24,000 bases of DNA from Lachnospiraceae bacterium (GTDB lineage: Bacteria > Bacillota > Clostridia > Lachnospirales > Lachnospiraceae), in NCBI GenBank assembly GCA_021203205.1, contig JAJQBQ010000044.1, positions 149,630-173,629 on the forward strand, written 5' to 3'. Within the stretch, counting starts at the first letter, position 1. Every line of letters begins with the position of its first letter. The translations under genes were made by a program, and so were the position numbers. Positions 1 through 8,863 of this stretch are shown in pieces. The notes beneath the pieces were generated by a model. It made no database searches. It had not been told where the DNA came from and saw only the letters and a program-made list of their open reading frames with translations.

Positions 1-483
1 CCGACAGTGCCGCTTCGCCTTTCCAGAGCAACGAATCTTTTTAAACTGTTTCTGGCGGATGTGGGATTATTGGCGGCCATGTATATGAATGACATTCAGT
101 TAAAGATATTGAACAGGGAAAAGGATATTAATTTTGGTTCTGTCTATGAAAATGCTGCCGCGCAGGAACTGAAAGCGCACGGTTTTGACTTGTATTATTT
201 CAACAGTAAAAAGCAGGGAGAGCTGGACTTTTTGGTAGAGCGGGGCGGAAATGTTTTGCCCATTGAAATTAAATCCGGCAAGGATTACAGGAAACACGCG
301 GCGCTGTCGAATATTCTGTCGAATGAAGCCTATGATATCCCGGAAGCATATGTTTTCCATAACGGGAACGTCAGTGCAGACGGAAAGATAGCCTATTATC
401 CGATTTATATGCTGATGTTTGTGGAAAAAGAGAAACCGTTGCAGGAGATGATATATCGAATTGATCTTGAGGTGCTGCAGTAA
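1..483 (+). CDS. C-terminal part of AAA+ ATPase of the DUF4143 (archaeal/bacterial ATPase-nuclease-like) family, 5' truncated by the window edge
   Basis: Frame is open to base 1; motifs FLADVGLLAAMY, GSVYENAAAQELKAHG, LYYFNSKKQGELDFLVE, VLPIEIKSGKDYRKHAALSN are typical of the DUF4143 C-terminal domain; stop at 481-483. Confidence 0.85.
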   Translation, partial: PTVPLRLSRATNLFKLFLADVGLLAAMYMNDIQLKILNREKDINFGSVYENAAAQELKAHGFDLYYFNSKKQGELDFLVERGGNVLPIEIKSGKDYRKHAALSNILSNEAYDIPEAYVFHNGNVSADGKIAYYPIYMLMFVEKEKPLQEMIYRIDLEVLQ

Positions 484-738
484 GGGAGGAGGCTGTGCAG
501 GCCTGATTGTAGTCGCAAGTTTTAAAATCCGGCAGCTTTTCTTTACCGGTTTCTTTACCTTTATCTGATATGATAGAGACAGAAAGCGAAACCGGCTTTC
601 TTAAAAGAAAGTCAGGGTTCCGGAAAATGGAATCTGCGAGGCGGAGGAGGGCGATGAAACCGGATCGCTTAAAGAGATGTCACATTACGTTTATCACACT
701 TTTCATCTGACTTTCGCAGTAAAGAGAGGAGGGCCTGT

Positions 739-2055
739 ATGCCGGAACAAAGAAAAATCCCAGGGAGAACCGCAAACATCCGCAGAAGCATCGCCACACT
801 GACGCTGGCACTGTTAGTCATCTACTGTGTGGACAATGTGGCACTGTCTTACCTTTCTGAAATCAACCGCACATTGGACGAAAGCGTGGAAACGCGGACC
901 ATGATGGTCTCCGTGTTCGCCGGCTATCGTCACAGCGGGGCGGAGGAGTACGCAGATTCCTATAAAGAGGGGGAAGAATATATGGAGGAATTCTATAAGG
1001 ACGAGAAGCCGGAAGAGTTCCTCGCCTGGCTGGATGCCAGCCCGGATTTATATTCTTATGTGGAACGGGAAGTTGTGGCGATGAAAGCGGAGGATCCTGA
1101 CCTGGGCTGGCTCACAGCAGGAAGTTATGACCAGGCAGCCATGGAGCCGTATCTGCTCACGGAAGGGTGCGGGGTTCTAAGCGGAAATGAGGCACTCATC
1201 GCAAAATATATTACATCGGACGGCCTGGGCAATTATTTTCCGACACTGGAGCAGAATGAGGTGTTTGACGGTGGGCAACTGGTCGGACAGACCATTTCCG
1301 TTACTTACCGGCGCACAGGATACGACGGAAATGTGAAGGAGGATGTCACCTGCGAGATAAAAATCGTGGGCTGCTATGACAATGTGGCCGCCGGGCTGGC
1401 AAACTATGATATTTTAATGGCGGCGGACGAGTTAAAGAGCCTCACGTATATGGATGAGAGCGAGGATCTTTATGACGGGGAGGGAAATGTTATCCCCTGG
1501 GATTATATAGATGAGCTCCAGTACAATGTGGTGCTGAAGGACTACAGCATGTTTGTTTCGTTCCGCGATTATGTGGAAGAAGAATTTGACCTGCATCCGG
1601 TATGTATCACGTCAATTTCGTCCGCCGACAGCTGGATACTGACCGGGATATCCTTTGTGGTCAATCTGATCATGATCACCCTGGCGGTTAACTCCACGCT
1701 GTCGCTGATCTACGCCATCGAGCGCGACATCCGCATGCGCCGCCGGGAATTCATGCTGCTGAAAGCCATGGGGTACCGCGACGGGGATGTAAACCAGATC
1801 CTGTTCCGGGAGACCATCGGCATGATCGGCTGTGCGTTGGGGATCACGATGCTGGCGGGCAATCTGTTTCTGGCGGCGGTGCACGTTATTTTGCCTTCTT
1901 TCCTGGGTATCTATTTTGAACATATCAGCATCGTCCCGCAGGCGGGTGTCGTACTGCTGACGCTTGCGATCGGGTTCGGAGCACCGCTTGTCGGTTATCT
2001 GGCCGGGGTGAAGGGGTTAAAGAAACTGGAATCTGTGCGGATGGTGTCAGAGTGA
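739..2055 (+). CDS. FtsX-like ABC transporter permease (single FtsX domain, N-terminal TM, large extracytoplasmic loop, 3 C-terminal TMs)
   Basis: GAGAGGAGG ribosome-binding site upstream of ATG 739; ILTGISFVVNLIMITLAVNSTLSLIYAIERDIRMRRREFMLLKAMGYRDGDVNQILFRET is the FtsX signature segment. No MacB-like ATPase is adjacent in this window. Confidence 0.8.
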   Translation: MPEQRKIPGRTANIRRSIATLTLALLVIYCVDNVALSYLSEINRTLDESVETRTMMVSVFAGYRHSGAEEYADSYKEGEEYMEEFYKDEKPEEFLAWLDASPDLYSYVEREVVAMKAEDPDLGWLTAGSYDQAAMEPYLLTEGCGVLSGNEALIAKYITSDGLGNYFPTLEQNEVFDGGQLVGQTISVTYRRTGYDGNVKEDVTCEIKIVGCYDNVAAGLANYDILMAADELKSLTYMDESEDLYDGEGNVIPWDYIDELQYNVVLKDYSMFVSFRDYVEEEFDLHPVCITSISSADSWILTGISFVVNLIMITLAVNSTLSLIYAIERDIRMRRREFMLLKAMGYRDGDVNQILFRETIGMIGCALGITMLAGNLFLAAVHVILPSFLGIYFEHISIVPQAGVVLLTLAIGFGAPLVGYLAGVKGLKKLESVRMVSE

Positions 2056-2639
2056 GAATGGGGGTTAAAATGGTTGCAATTTCCGAAAAACATATTTGCT
2101 CTGCCAGGTATCTCTGGCAGCTGTTTGTCTACACGGTAAACATGTTTCTTTTGCTTTTTACCGTTGCGCTTCTCAGATGCTCGTATCTTTTGCGCCCGAT
2201 TGAGAGACAGGATTATCTGATCAAGCTTTTGACGGAGGATTATACCCTCAGTATGGGTTCGCCGAAGTACGCTTATCAGGCGGGGGCCTGCTTCCTACTG
2301 CTTGCCGTGTTTATCTTTTTGCCGCTCATGCGCTATGTGGGGTATGATCTGGAAAATCGGGCGGGAACCAGGCGGCTGCTGTTCTCTCTGGGGTACCGCA
2401 GGCTGGCGGCAGTGCGTTACGAGACGGCATACTTTGTATTTGACTTTGCGCTTGCCTGGCTGGCGGGGGCGACTCTGCTGGAAATCTGCTGGCTTATGCT
2501 CCGCAATACCGCAGTGGCGCAGGCATTTCTGGCCGCGATGGAAACGAATCTTTTCCTCTCGCCGGGGGTGTTCCTGCTGACGGGGGCGGCCACGGGGGCA
2601 GCGGTGTTTTTGCAGGTGTTCTTAAGGATAGAACATTAA
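2052..2639 (+). CDS. Multi-pass membrane protein, possibly second half of a split or companion permease
   Basis: GTG start overlaps the upstream stop by 4 nt (2052-2055), alternative ATG at 2058; several hydrophobic helices; YDLENRAGTRRLLFSLGYRRLAAVRYETAYFVFDF resembles an FtsX-type cytoplasmic loop. Confidence 0.65.
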   Translation: MRMGVKMVAISEKHICSARYLWQLFVYTVNMFLLLFTVALLRCSYLLRPIERQDYLIKLLTEDYTLSMGSPKYAYQAGACFLLLAVFIFLPLMRYVGYDLENRAGTRRLLFSLGYRRLAAVRYETAYFVFDFALAWLAGATLLEICWLMLRNTAVAQAFLAAMETNLFLSPGVFLLTGAATGAAVFLQVFLRIEH

Positions 2640-2753
2640 AAGTAACAATCGGGATATGAAAAAGACGTTCGACACATGAATTAAAAATTGGTGTAGAGGA
2701 TGTGAATGCCGCAGATTTTTGCGCAAAGACCATCGGAAAGGAAGGAAAATGGG

Positions 2754-3749
2754 ATGGAAAAGAACAGCAAAAAACGGTCGGAAAAGTTATTTGGGAGAAA
2801 GTATACCCGGCAAAGAAAGCTTTCTGTGGCACTTTGCACCGCGCTGGCGGTCATCTTTGTCTCACTGTTTTTTCTGGTGGGACCGGGGGCAAGGCTGGTG
2901 CACTATCTCACACATCCGGATGCAGAACCATCTGACAGCTTGGAAGATTGCCGTATAAATCCGGATAATGCGATCGGTAAACTGATCACACAGGTATATC
3001 GGTGGGATATTGAGTCGGCATATGATGAATCGGTTATTTTTGACGACAGTACCACAAAGAGCGTGAGTTATACGACGGAAGAGAAGAATTACGGTTCCAT
3101 AACATATCAGGGTGTCACTTATACGATGGCAAATGAGATCGTGGAAGAAGGAGATATGAGCTTCACGCTGGAGCTGGAGGAGAAAGTCGCCGACTTTACC
3201 GGCGCGGGAAGCGATCTCCGCGAGGCGGAAGAGGGCGATGCCTTCAAGCTGTCGCTTTACCGGATAAAGAACACGGATGAGAAATTTGCCCTCATAGGCT
3301 ATCTCGCAGGCAGCGACACGCCGTATTTGTACGACAATGAAGATTTCGGGGTATGGGGCGACGGGGTTACGTTAGCCGATTACCTGGAAGCAGCCGGGAT
3401 CCGGGATGTCGAATTGAGATTGACAACCAAATGGAGGTCCAACATGTGGTACCCGGATTTTAAGATGGAATATCTGACGGAGAACATTGTGCCGGCGGCG
3501 GTGCAGATCGCGGAAGACGATGAAATTATGGAGGGAGCCTGCAAGACCGGGCTGGCAATTACCATGCGAACCTGTGGCGGAGAGAGGATGCAGATAAACT
3601 TCTGGGATAATGGATGTATTTCCATACAGTATATGGCTTCGGACTATGACACGGGACACCTGTACTATGACCTGAACGATCCGGAACTTAGCTATGGAAC
3701 GGAACTGATCCGCTATATGAGAGAAAACGGGTACGAACTTATGTATTGA
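2754..3749 (+). CDS. Membrane-anchored extracytoplasmic protein of unknown function
   Basis: ORF 2706-3749; likely start ATG 2754 (MEKNSKKRSEK) preceded by AAGGAAA; N-terminal basic segment then VALCTALAVIFVSLFFLVGPGARLVHYL single TM, followed by a long soluble domain. Confidence 0.65.
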   Translation: MEKNSKKRSEKLFGRKYTRQRKLSVALCTALAVIFVSLFFLVGPGARLVHYLTHPDAEPSDSLEDCRINPDNAIGKLITQVYRWDIESAYDESVIFDDSTTKSVSYTTEEKNYGSITYQGVTYTMANEIVEEGDMSFTLELEEKVADFTGAGSDLREAEEGDAFKLSLYRIKNTDEKFALIGYLAGSDTPYLYDNEDFGVWGDGVTLADYLEAAGIRDVELRLTTKWRSNMWYPDFKMEYLTENIVPAAVQIAEDDEIMEGACKTGLAITMRTCGGERMQINFWDNGCISIQYMASDYDTGHLYYDLNDPELSYGTELIRYMRENGYELMY

Positions 3750-3871
3750 GGATAGTTGGACAGAAAACGATTGCAGATAGATACATGGAAATCCCTGATT
3801 TTCACCGGATATAGGTCGCGTACGGCTCATGTTCAGATGCAAAGCTATTGGATAAAAGGATGATTTATTAC

Positions 3872-3900
3872 TTGACAAAAACCTCCTACAGCTGTAGTAT
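3872..3900 (+). promoter_or_regulatory. Sigma-A type promoter of the BlaI-like gene
   Basis: TTGACA (3872-3877), 17-nt spacer, TAGTAT (3895-3900), 31 nt upstream of ATG 3931. Confidence 0.75.
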
Positions 3901-3918
3901 ATATAACTACAACTGTAG
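3886..3918. promoter_or_regulatory. Twin BlaI/MecI-type operator
   Basis: CTACAGCTGTAG (3886-3897, perfect palindrome) and CTACAACTGTAG (3907-3918), centres 21 bp apart, overlapping the -10 and presumed start site of a BlaI-family gene; matches the TACA...TGTA half-site architecture of BlaI/MecI operators. Confidence 0.8.
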
Positions 3919-3930
3919 GAGGTTTTGCAC

Positions 3931-4290
3931 ATGAAATTGACAGAAGCCGAATGGTCTGTGATGGAGGTTTTGTGGTCCGGGGTGCGCTTTTCCCTGGGAG
4001 AGGTTACGGAGTCGCTAAAGTCTGTGAACGGATGGAGCAGGAATACGGTCTCTACGTATCTTTTGCGCATGCAAAAGAAGGGGCTGGTGCGGGTGGAACG
4101 CGAGTACCGCCAGCCATATTCTGCCGCGGTGACCCGTGAAGCCTGTGAGCGGAGCGAGCGGGAGGAGTTGCTGCAGAAGGTTTATGGCGGAGCCGTGGGG
4201 AATCTCGTGGCGGCGTTTTTAAAGGAAACCACCATATCCCACGAGGAAAAGGAGCGGCTGAAGAAATTATTGGATGAGATGGAAGTGTAG
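3931..4290 (+). CDS. BlaI/MecI/CopY family winged-helix transcriptional repressor
   Basis: MKLTEAEWSVMEVLWSG...SLGEVTESLKSVNGWSRNTVSTYLLRMQKKGLVRVEREYRQPYSAAVTREA; GGAGG at 3918-3922 before ATG 3931. Confidence 0.92.
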   Translation: MKLTEAEWSVMEVLWSGVRFSLGEVTESLKSVNGWSRNTVSTYLLRMQKKGLVRVEREYRQPYSAAVTREACERSEREELLQKVYGGAVGNLVAAFLKETTISHEEKERLKKLLDEMEV

Positions 4291-4329
4291 CAATGATACT
4301 GATGTCGAAAACCATGACACCACGACGCC

Positions 4330-4406
4330 ATGAATTCGGAAGCAAGATTCCGACCATTGAAGTAAACGCTTTATGTTGACTTTGACTTTTGCCCCTGGTG
4401 TCCTGA
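4330..4406 (+). repeat. Copy A of a degenerate dispersed intergenic element
   Basis: GAATTC-GGAAGC-AGATTCC-GA-CATTGAAGT-AACG-CTTTATGTTG and CTTTTGCCCC-G-TGTC match the reverse complement of 6254-6383 (copy B). Confidence 0.65.
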
Positions 4407-4558
4407 TTCGCCAGACTTGAGATTTTTGCAGCGATAAACATTGAATTAAAAACGGGCAGATAGTTCAGTAGTCTTTTATTTGATGAATGCGGAAAAAGCA
4501 TGGTGAAAAATTTAGTCGCTGCATGGTTTTAGTACAGTGACTGGGGAGGAGATTTTGA

Positions 4559-6247
4559 ATGATAAATTATGGGAATATATGGGGTTTCCTGCTTCAGACC
4601 TGCGCGGTTTCGATCGCCGCGGCATTTCTGCTGATCCTAAAGCACCTGTTCGCAAAGACACTTTCGCCCCGGTGGCAGTATGCGGTCTGGGGGCTTCTGG
4701 CGCTGCGCATATTGCTGCCGGTGAGCATTTCCAGATATGTCCTGATTCCGATCTCTGTTTTTCTGGAGACAATCAAGGGCATCGTGGAGAGGGCGCTGGA
4801 TTCCGCTTACGCGGGGGAGTTTTGGCCAATTTCGGTGAAGTTTGGAATTTCGGTTCCGGCGGGGCCCCCGCAGAGCATCACGGACTGGCTGTTTCTCATC
4901 TGGCTGATCGGCATGCTGGTGTGCCTGCTGCGTCTGGTGTTGGCATGGATGTCGCTTCACGTTCTGGTGCGCGGAGGGCATCCGGTGACGGCGGAAACGC
5001 AGAGCGTGATCAACGGAGTGAGCGAAAAATATCATCTGAAAAGCTGCAGGGCGATCACGGTGCCCGGCCTCACATCTGCGTTTCTGTGCGGAGTTTTGCA
5101 CCCGATCCTGGTCCTGCCGGAAGGGACAGACGTGGATGAGAAGGTCATCCTCCATGAACTGATGCACCGAAATCATCTGGATGTGCTGCAGAACTGGGGC
5201 TGGAATGTGCTGCGTGCGGTTCACTGGTGCAATCCGTTTTTGCAATATGTATTTCACCGCATCGGCAATGATATGGAAGCGCTGTGCGACCAGAGGGTGC
5301 TGGAATGCCTGGAAGGCGAGGAGCGGCGGGAATACGGCCGGGCGCTGTTAGCCATGGCAAATGAGCGGTACGCCCACACGCCGGGCACCACATCCTGGGG
5401 AAACGGCGGGAAGAATATCGCCCGGAGGATCGGCAGCATCGCGCATTTTAAGAAATATCCGGCAGGGATGGCGCTGGTTTCGGTGTGCATCTTTCTGGTA
5501 CTGCTCTGCCCGATTGCCTTTGGCACGACACTTTCGTTCAAAACGGCAAAATACTATTATCCGGAGAATACGGGGCTGGCGTTGGAGCGCTCGCTGGCGG
5601 TGGCGAGGCTTGACCGCTGCGATACCGTGGAAGAGGCGCTGGAGACCTATGCCACGGGGCTTCTGAAACAAAACGGGATTTACATCGCCGTCGCCTCGCC
5701 GCTTTCGGCGCAGGAGGAGCTGGCAGAGCGCATGCGTGATAACGCGGTGGATGAAGACTGGTTGGATGATATGGCAGAGGAATATTTGCCGGACAGTTCG
5801 ACGGAAACTTCGTCGGATGAGTCGAGGGGAACTTTATCGGGCATCGTGATGGTGGCGCAGGACGATGAAGACGATGAGGCGGAAGAGTATTCTTCCTGGA
5901 ATTATAACACGCAGGAGGTGCGGGAAGCCTATTATCTCGATGCAGGGGAAGAGCTGAGATATGTCGAGCACTTTGACGATATGACATATGTCGTAGATGA
6001 CCTGACGGCGGTCTCTGATACCGTCTGGGAGGCAGTGCTGCAGTTCACCTCCTGGCGCTTTTATGATGAAGAAGGAAACAGACTGATGGATGAGGATGGA
6101 GTACCGCTGGAAGGCTATGTTCGGATCCCGGTGACGATAACGCGGGAAGAAAATGCCTGGGTCGTGGAAGAGAGCGGGGAGAGGGAAGTCATCTACTGCG
6201 AGCTCTCGGGGGTTAATGGCTATTGGTGGTTTTCGTTTGTGCAGTGA
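4559..6247 (+). CDS. M56 family metallopeptidase (BlaR1/MecR1-like sensor protease) with non-penicillin-binding C-terminal region
   Basis: ILHELMHRNHLDVLQNWGWNVLRAVHWCNPFLQYV (HExxH plus NPF) and D-xEALCDQRVL; N-terminal TMs, 4th TM YPAGMALVSVCIFLVLLCPIAFG; C-terminal about 240 aa lacks SxxK/SxN/KTG-type PBP motifs. Confidence 0.9.
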   Translation: MINYGNIWGFLLQTCAVSIAAAFLLILKHLFAKTLSPRWQYAVWGLLALRILLPVSISRYVLIPISVFLETIKGIVERALDSAYAGEFWPISVKFGISVPAGPPQSITDWLFLIWLIGMLVCLLRLVLAWMSLHVLVRGGHPVTAETQSVINGVSEKYHLKSCRAITVPGLTSAFLCGVLHPILVLPEGTDVDEKVILHELMHRNHLDVLQNWGWNVLRAVHWCNPFLQYVFHRIGNDMEALCDQRVLECLEGEERREYGRALLAMANERYAHTPGTTSWGNGGKNIARRIGSIAHFKKYPAGMALVSVCIFLVLLCPIAFGTTLSFKTAKYYYPENTGLALERSLAVARLDRCDTVEEALETYATGLLKQNGIYIAVASPLSAQEELAERMRDNAVDEDWLDDMAEEYLPDSSTETSSDESRGTLSGIVMVAQDDEDDEAEEYSSWNYNTQEVREAYYLDAGEELRYVEHFDDMTYVVDDLTAVSDTVWEAVLQFTSWRFYDEEGNRLMDEDGVPLEGYVRIPVTITREENAWVVEESGEREVIYCELSGVNGYWWFSFVQ

Positions 6248-6253
6248 AGCGCG

Positions 6254-6383
6254 CTGTGACATCGGGGGCAAAAGCCGAAGGTAAGACGTAAGCAGTTGAG
6301 CTCCGCTGCGCGGAACTTAAACGACATTTTGCGACATAAAAGCCGTTCACTTCAATGATCGGGAATCTGCATCCTGAATTCAG
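6254..6383 (-). repeat. Copy B (longest) of the degenerate dispersed intergenic element
   Basis: Minus strand reads TTCTGAATTCAGGATGCAGATTCCCGATCATTGAAGTGAACGGCTTTTATGTCG...TTCCGCGCAGCGGA...CTTTTGCCCCCGATGTC, matching copy A in two collinear blocks. Confidence 0.65.
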
Positions 6384-6517
6384 AAGTAGATGTTTCACAT
6401 TGTCTCAGGGTATAAAGAGTGCATAGCGAGAAGAAATTCGAGGTGTCGATATTAAGATGTATAAGAAGACGGAAGAATGATATGGCCGAAGGTATGCGGG
6501 AAAATGGGAGGGATGAC

Positions 6518-7255
6518 ATGAATGATAATATATTGGGTGGCTGGAGCCAGGACATGACGGATGATCCGGTTCAGTACAGGGAAAGTGACAGTGACGTGGC
6601 CGAAGAGCGCAGGAGAGCCGAACGCACAGCCGCGCAGATGCGAAAGCTTGGACATGCGATCACATATATCCTGTGGGGATATGTTCTGTTGCATCTTGAC
6701 TTCAACGTGGAAACCATATGGGATTATAATTACGTGACCGGAGAGACAGTTGGCGGAGCCTTAAACCTGCTGCCGGACTGGGTTGGATATCTTCTGATCC
6801 TTAAGGCGCTGCCGGCCATCGGGGAAGAAGAGCCGTCCGCTACGCTGCTGGCCTCGCTGGCAAAGGTGCTGGCGGCGATCGCCGGTATTCTCTGGGTGAC
6901 CTCTATCTTTACCGATTCACCGTATCTTCTTGTGTTGGAGCTGACAGAACTCGCAGTGAATATGTATTTTATCTATCAGCTGTTCACGAATCTGGCGGCG
7001 ATCGCCGGGAAGTACGGTTATCCGGGGCAGAAAAAGCTTTTAACACTGAGAACCGTAAATACGGTGATGGGCGCGGCGCTGTATATCGCGGGGCAGTTGT
7101 CAACACTCTGGCAGCTGGAAGTGGAGATATACGGCCTTGCCGGCATAATTGTAGTCGCAAGTCTTCTGTTCCTTCTGGCAGTGGGCGTGTGGACAGGTGT
7201 GGTACTGTGGTCGCTGAAAAAGTATCTGGACAGAGGGAGGGCACAGAATTCATAA
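6518..7255 (+). CDS. Multi-pass membrane protein of unknown function
   Basis: ORF 6419-7255; ATG 6518 has GGGAGG (6507-6512) at good spacing; alternative ATG 6482. Several hydrophobic helices. Confidence 0.65.
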   Translation: MNDNILGGWSQDMTDDPVQYRESDSDVAEERRRAERTAAQMRKLGHAITYILWGYVLLHLDFNVETIWDYNYVTGETVGGALNLLPDWVGYLLILKALPAIGEEEPSATLLASLAKVLAAIAGILWVTSIFTDSPYLLVLELTELAVNMYFIYQLFTNLAAIAGKYGYPGQKKLLTLRTVNTVMGAALYIAGQLSTLWQLEVEIYGLAGIIVVASLLFLLAVGVWTGVVLWSLKKYLDRGRAQNS

Positions 7256-7388
7256 AAATGCATTTACGCACGGAAAAAGATCATTAACGCAGAAATAGTA
7301 AAATGGCACCATCACATGAAGCATCGAATGAATTTGTGAGATGGTGAGAGAATTGGAGAAAAAACTGACTGCGGGGTCAGGACAACGG

Positions 7389-7421
7389 AAAAGCAGCGAT
7401 GTCATCTTTGGACATCGCTGC
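7389..7421 (-). terminator. Intrinsic terminator for the minus-strand HEPN/MNT operon
   Basis: Perfect 11-bp stem GCAGCGATGTC (7393-7403) / GACATCGCTGC (7411-7421), 7-nt loop, followed on the minus strand by TTTT (7392-7389). Confidence 0.7.
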
Positions 7422-7441
7422 GCTATATTACTCATATTTTA

Positions 7442-7993
7442 TTATTGTGTTTTCTTTGAATCCGGAATCCTTTTTTCCAGGAGTTCAGCCGAAAAGTGCG
7501 CTGCGCAATAGTCTGATAAACTCCGTGGCAATTGCCTGAAACCATCACCATAGGATGAAATCGCCTTCAGTAAATCGTTATTCAATCTGGCAGAATTCAG
7601 ATAGTCATGAACAATGGAATTCCGATTCTTAAAGAATTCAACAGCTTTTTCCTCGTCCCTGTTTTCGGCAATTTTGCGCATTTCGTATTGCCTGATATGA
7701 TAGGAAAGCGTTTCCTCATAAGTTCCTCTTCCTGGTTCATTGATCTCAATAAAAATCATCACATCGCAGAATGCCTGAACAATATGGTTCAGTCGACTGG
7801 TAATTGCACTCAGAATCGTGTCCTGTAACCTTTCATCTTCGCACCTGCAATATCTTTCGTATTCCTCTATCATCCGGTCTGCCTGATCCTGCATATGCAG
7901 CAGGCTGTTCGATACAGACCTCTCCACTTCGTCGAATGTTTTAGGCGCGGCTGCTCCGACATTTTCCCATATTTCATTCGGTATATTAATCAT
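7442..7993 (-). CDS. hepT: HEPN-domain toxin (HepT-like RNase)
   Basis: RNSIVHDY matches the RX4HXY motif of HepT-type HEPN toxins; ATG at 7993-7991 overlaps the upstream stop by ATGA and is preceded by GGGGAGG, so it is preferred over the longer ORF start at 8053. Confidence 0.75.
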   Translation of the reverse strand: MINIPNEIWENVGAAAPKTFDEVERSVSNSLLHMQDQADRMIEEYERYCRCEDERLQDTILSAITSRLNHIVQAFCDVMIFIEINEPGRGTYEETLSYHIRQYEMRKIAENRDEEKAVEFFKNRNSIVHDYLNSARLNNDLLKAISSYGDGFRQLPRSLSDYCAAHFSAELLEKRIPDSKKTQ

Positions 7994-8478
7994 ACCTGCG
8001 CTACCTCCCCGGCTGTCATCCCCTGCCTGCTTTTGAGCAGTAAATTTTTCCATCTGAAGTATTTTTTCTTTTGCTTCTGTTCCTCCCGGTATTCAGGCAA
8101 TCCATGCAAAATAACGTACAGGTCCGCCTTAAGCTGCTCCGGATAATAATCTGTCATTCGAACAGAGCTTAAAATTGCATATGGAAATATAAATGCCCGC
8201 TCAATAAAACGATACTCAATAACATCTGCCGGGAGATTCATATTGCGGAAATAATCTTCACAAAATAAGTATATTTGCCATTGTTTTTCACGATTCTGGC
8301 AATACACAATCATATCAATATCGCTTCTCCCGTCCTCGAAGTCTGAGCGGATAAAGCTGCCGTATACAAATACATTGTAGTCCGCTTCGCCGAATTTTTG
8401 AATCAGAGCCTTTTGAAATTCGACTAAAACTTTTCTTCGGTCGGACCATTCTGTGAAAGAACCGGTTTCATAATTCAT
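7990..8478 (-). CDS. mntA: Minimal nucleotidyltransferase (MNT) antitoxin-like protein (MntA-like)
   Basis: FVYGSFIRSDFEDGRSDIDMIVY is a Pol-beta-like GS...DxD NTase motif; adjacent to and translationally coupled with a HEPN gene; GAGGTGAT-type RBS upstream. Confidence 0.8.
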   Translation of the reverse strand: MNYETGSFTEWSDRRKVLVEFQKALIQKFGEADYNVFVYGSFIRSDFEDGRSDIDMIVYCQNREKQWQIYLFCEDYFRNMNLPADVIEYRFIERAFIFPYAILSSVRMTDYYPEQLKADLYVILHGLPEYREEQKQKKKYFRWKNLLLKSRQGMTAGEVAQV

Positions 8479-8661
8479 ATTTTAATTATCACCTCAATCC
8501 TGTAAAAGTGTTTGCCTGTAATTATAAATGATTCAGCTTGTAAAATCAACTGTTCATTTGTCTTTGTGTCTATTCACGGTTTAGACAGTAAGATTACTTA
8601 AGGCTGACCGCGGATAACGGAAAAGGACGATAAATAATTATCGAATTACAATAAATTTATA

Positions 8662-8690
8662 TTGACATTCGAATGGCCGTGTGCTAATAT
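8662..8690 (+). promoter_or_regulatory. Sigma-A type promoter upstream of the DUF2975 gene
   Basis: TTGACA (8662-8667), 17-nt spacer, TAATAT (8685-8690); about 170-nt leader to ATG 8864. Confidence 0.75.
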
Positions 8691-8863
8691 CCCTTTATAC
8701 CCATGACAGCGGGTTATTGGTGGTGGGTCGAGGTCAAAAGTATGACAGCACAGATTGCCCCACGTTCCCGTGACCCTGGTGTCATATAAATGAAAACTCG
8801 TGGTGAAAAATTAAGTGGAGTCGCTGTAGGGCCTGGTACAGCGATTGCTCGGAGGAAACGCAA

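Noticed and set aside
541-620. Small dyads CCGGTTTC...GAAACCGG and CTTTC-TTAAAA-GAAAG downstream of the DUF4143 gene
   Set aside because: Possible 3' structure of the first gene, but loops are long or stems short and there is no T tract; not strong enough to call a terminator.
3372-4070. 232-aa minus-strand ORF
   Set aside because: Antisense to the end of the 2754-3749 gene and the BlaI-like gene, and runs through the well-defined operator/promoter.
4052-4501. 149-aa minus-strand ORF in the blaI-M56 gap
   Set aside because: Overlaps the BlaI-like gene and degenerate element copy A; no recognisable domain.
4537-5139. 200-aa plus-strand ORF overlapping the M56 gene
   Set aside because: Out-of-frame within the M56 metallopeptidase, whose HELMH frame is clearly the coding one.
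6213-6398. 61-aa minus-strand ORF LLNSGCRFPIIEVNGFYVAKCRLSS over element copy B
   Set aside because: Copy A is interrupted by an in-frame stop and copy C has frame changes at the equivalent sequence; better explained as a non-coding repeat.
7994-8053. Upstream start (8053) of the HEPN ORF
   Set aside because: ATG at 7993 has ATGA coupling and a GGGGAGG SD at suitable spacing; the 20-aa extension just reads the MNT gene in another frame.
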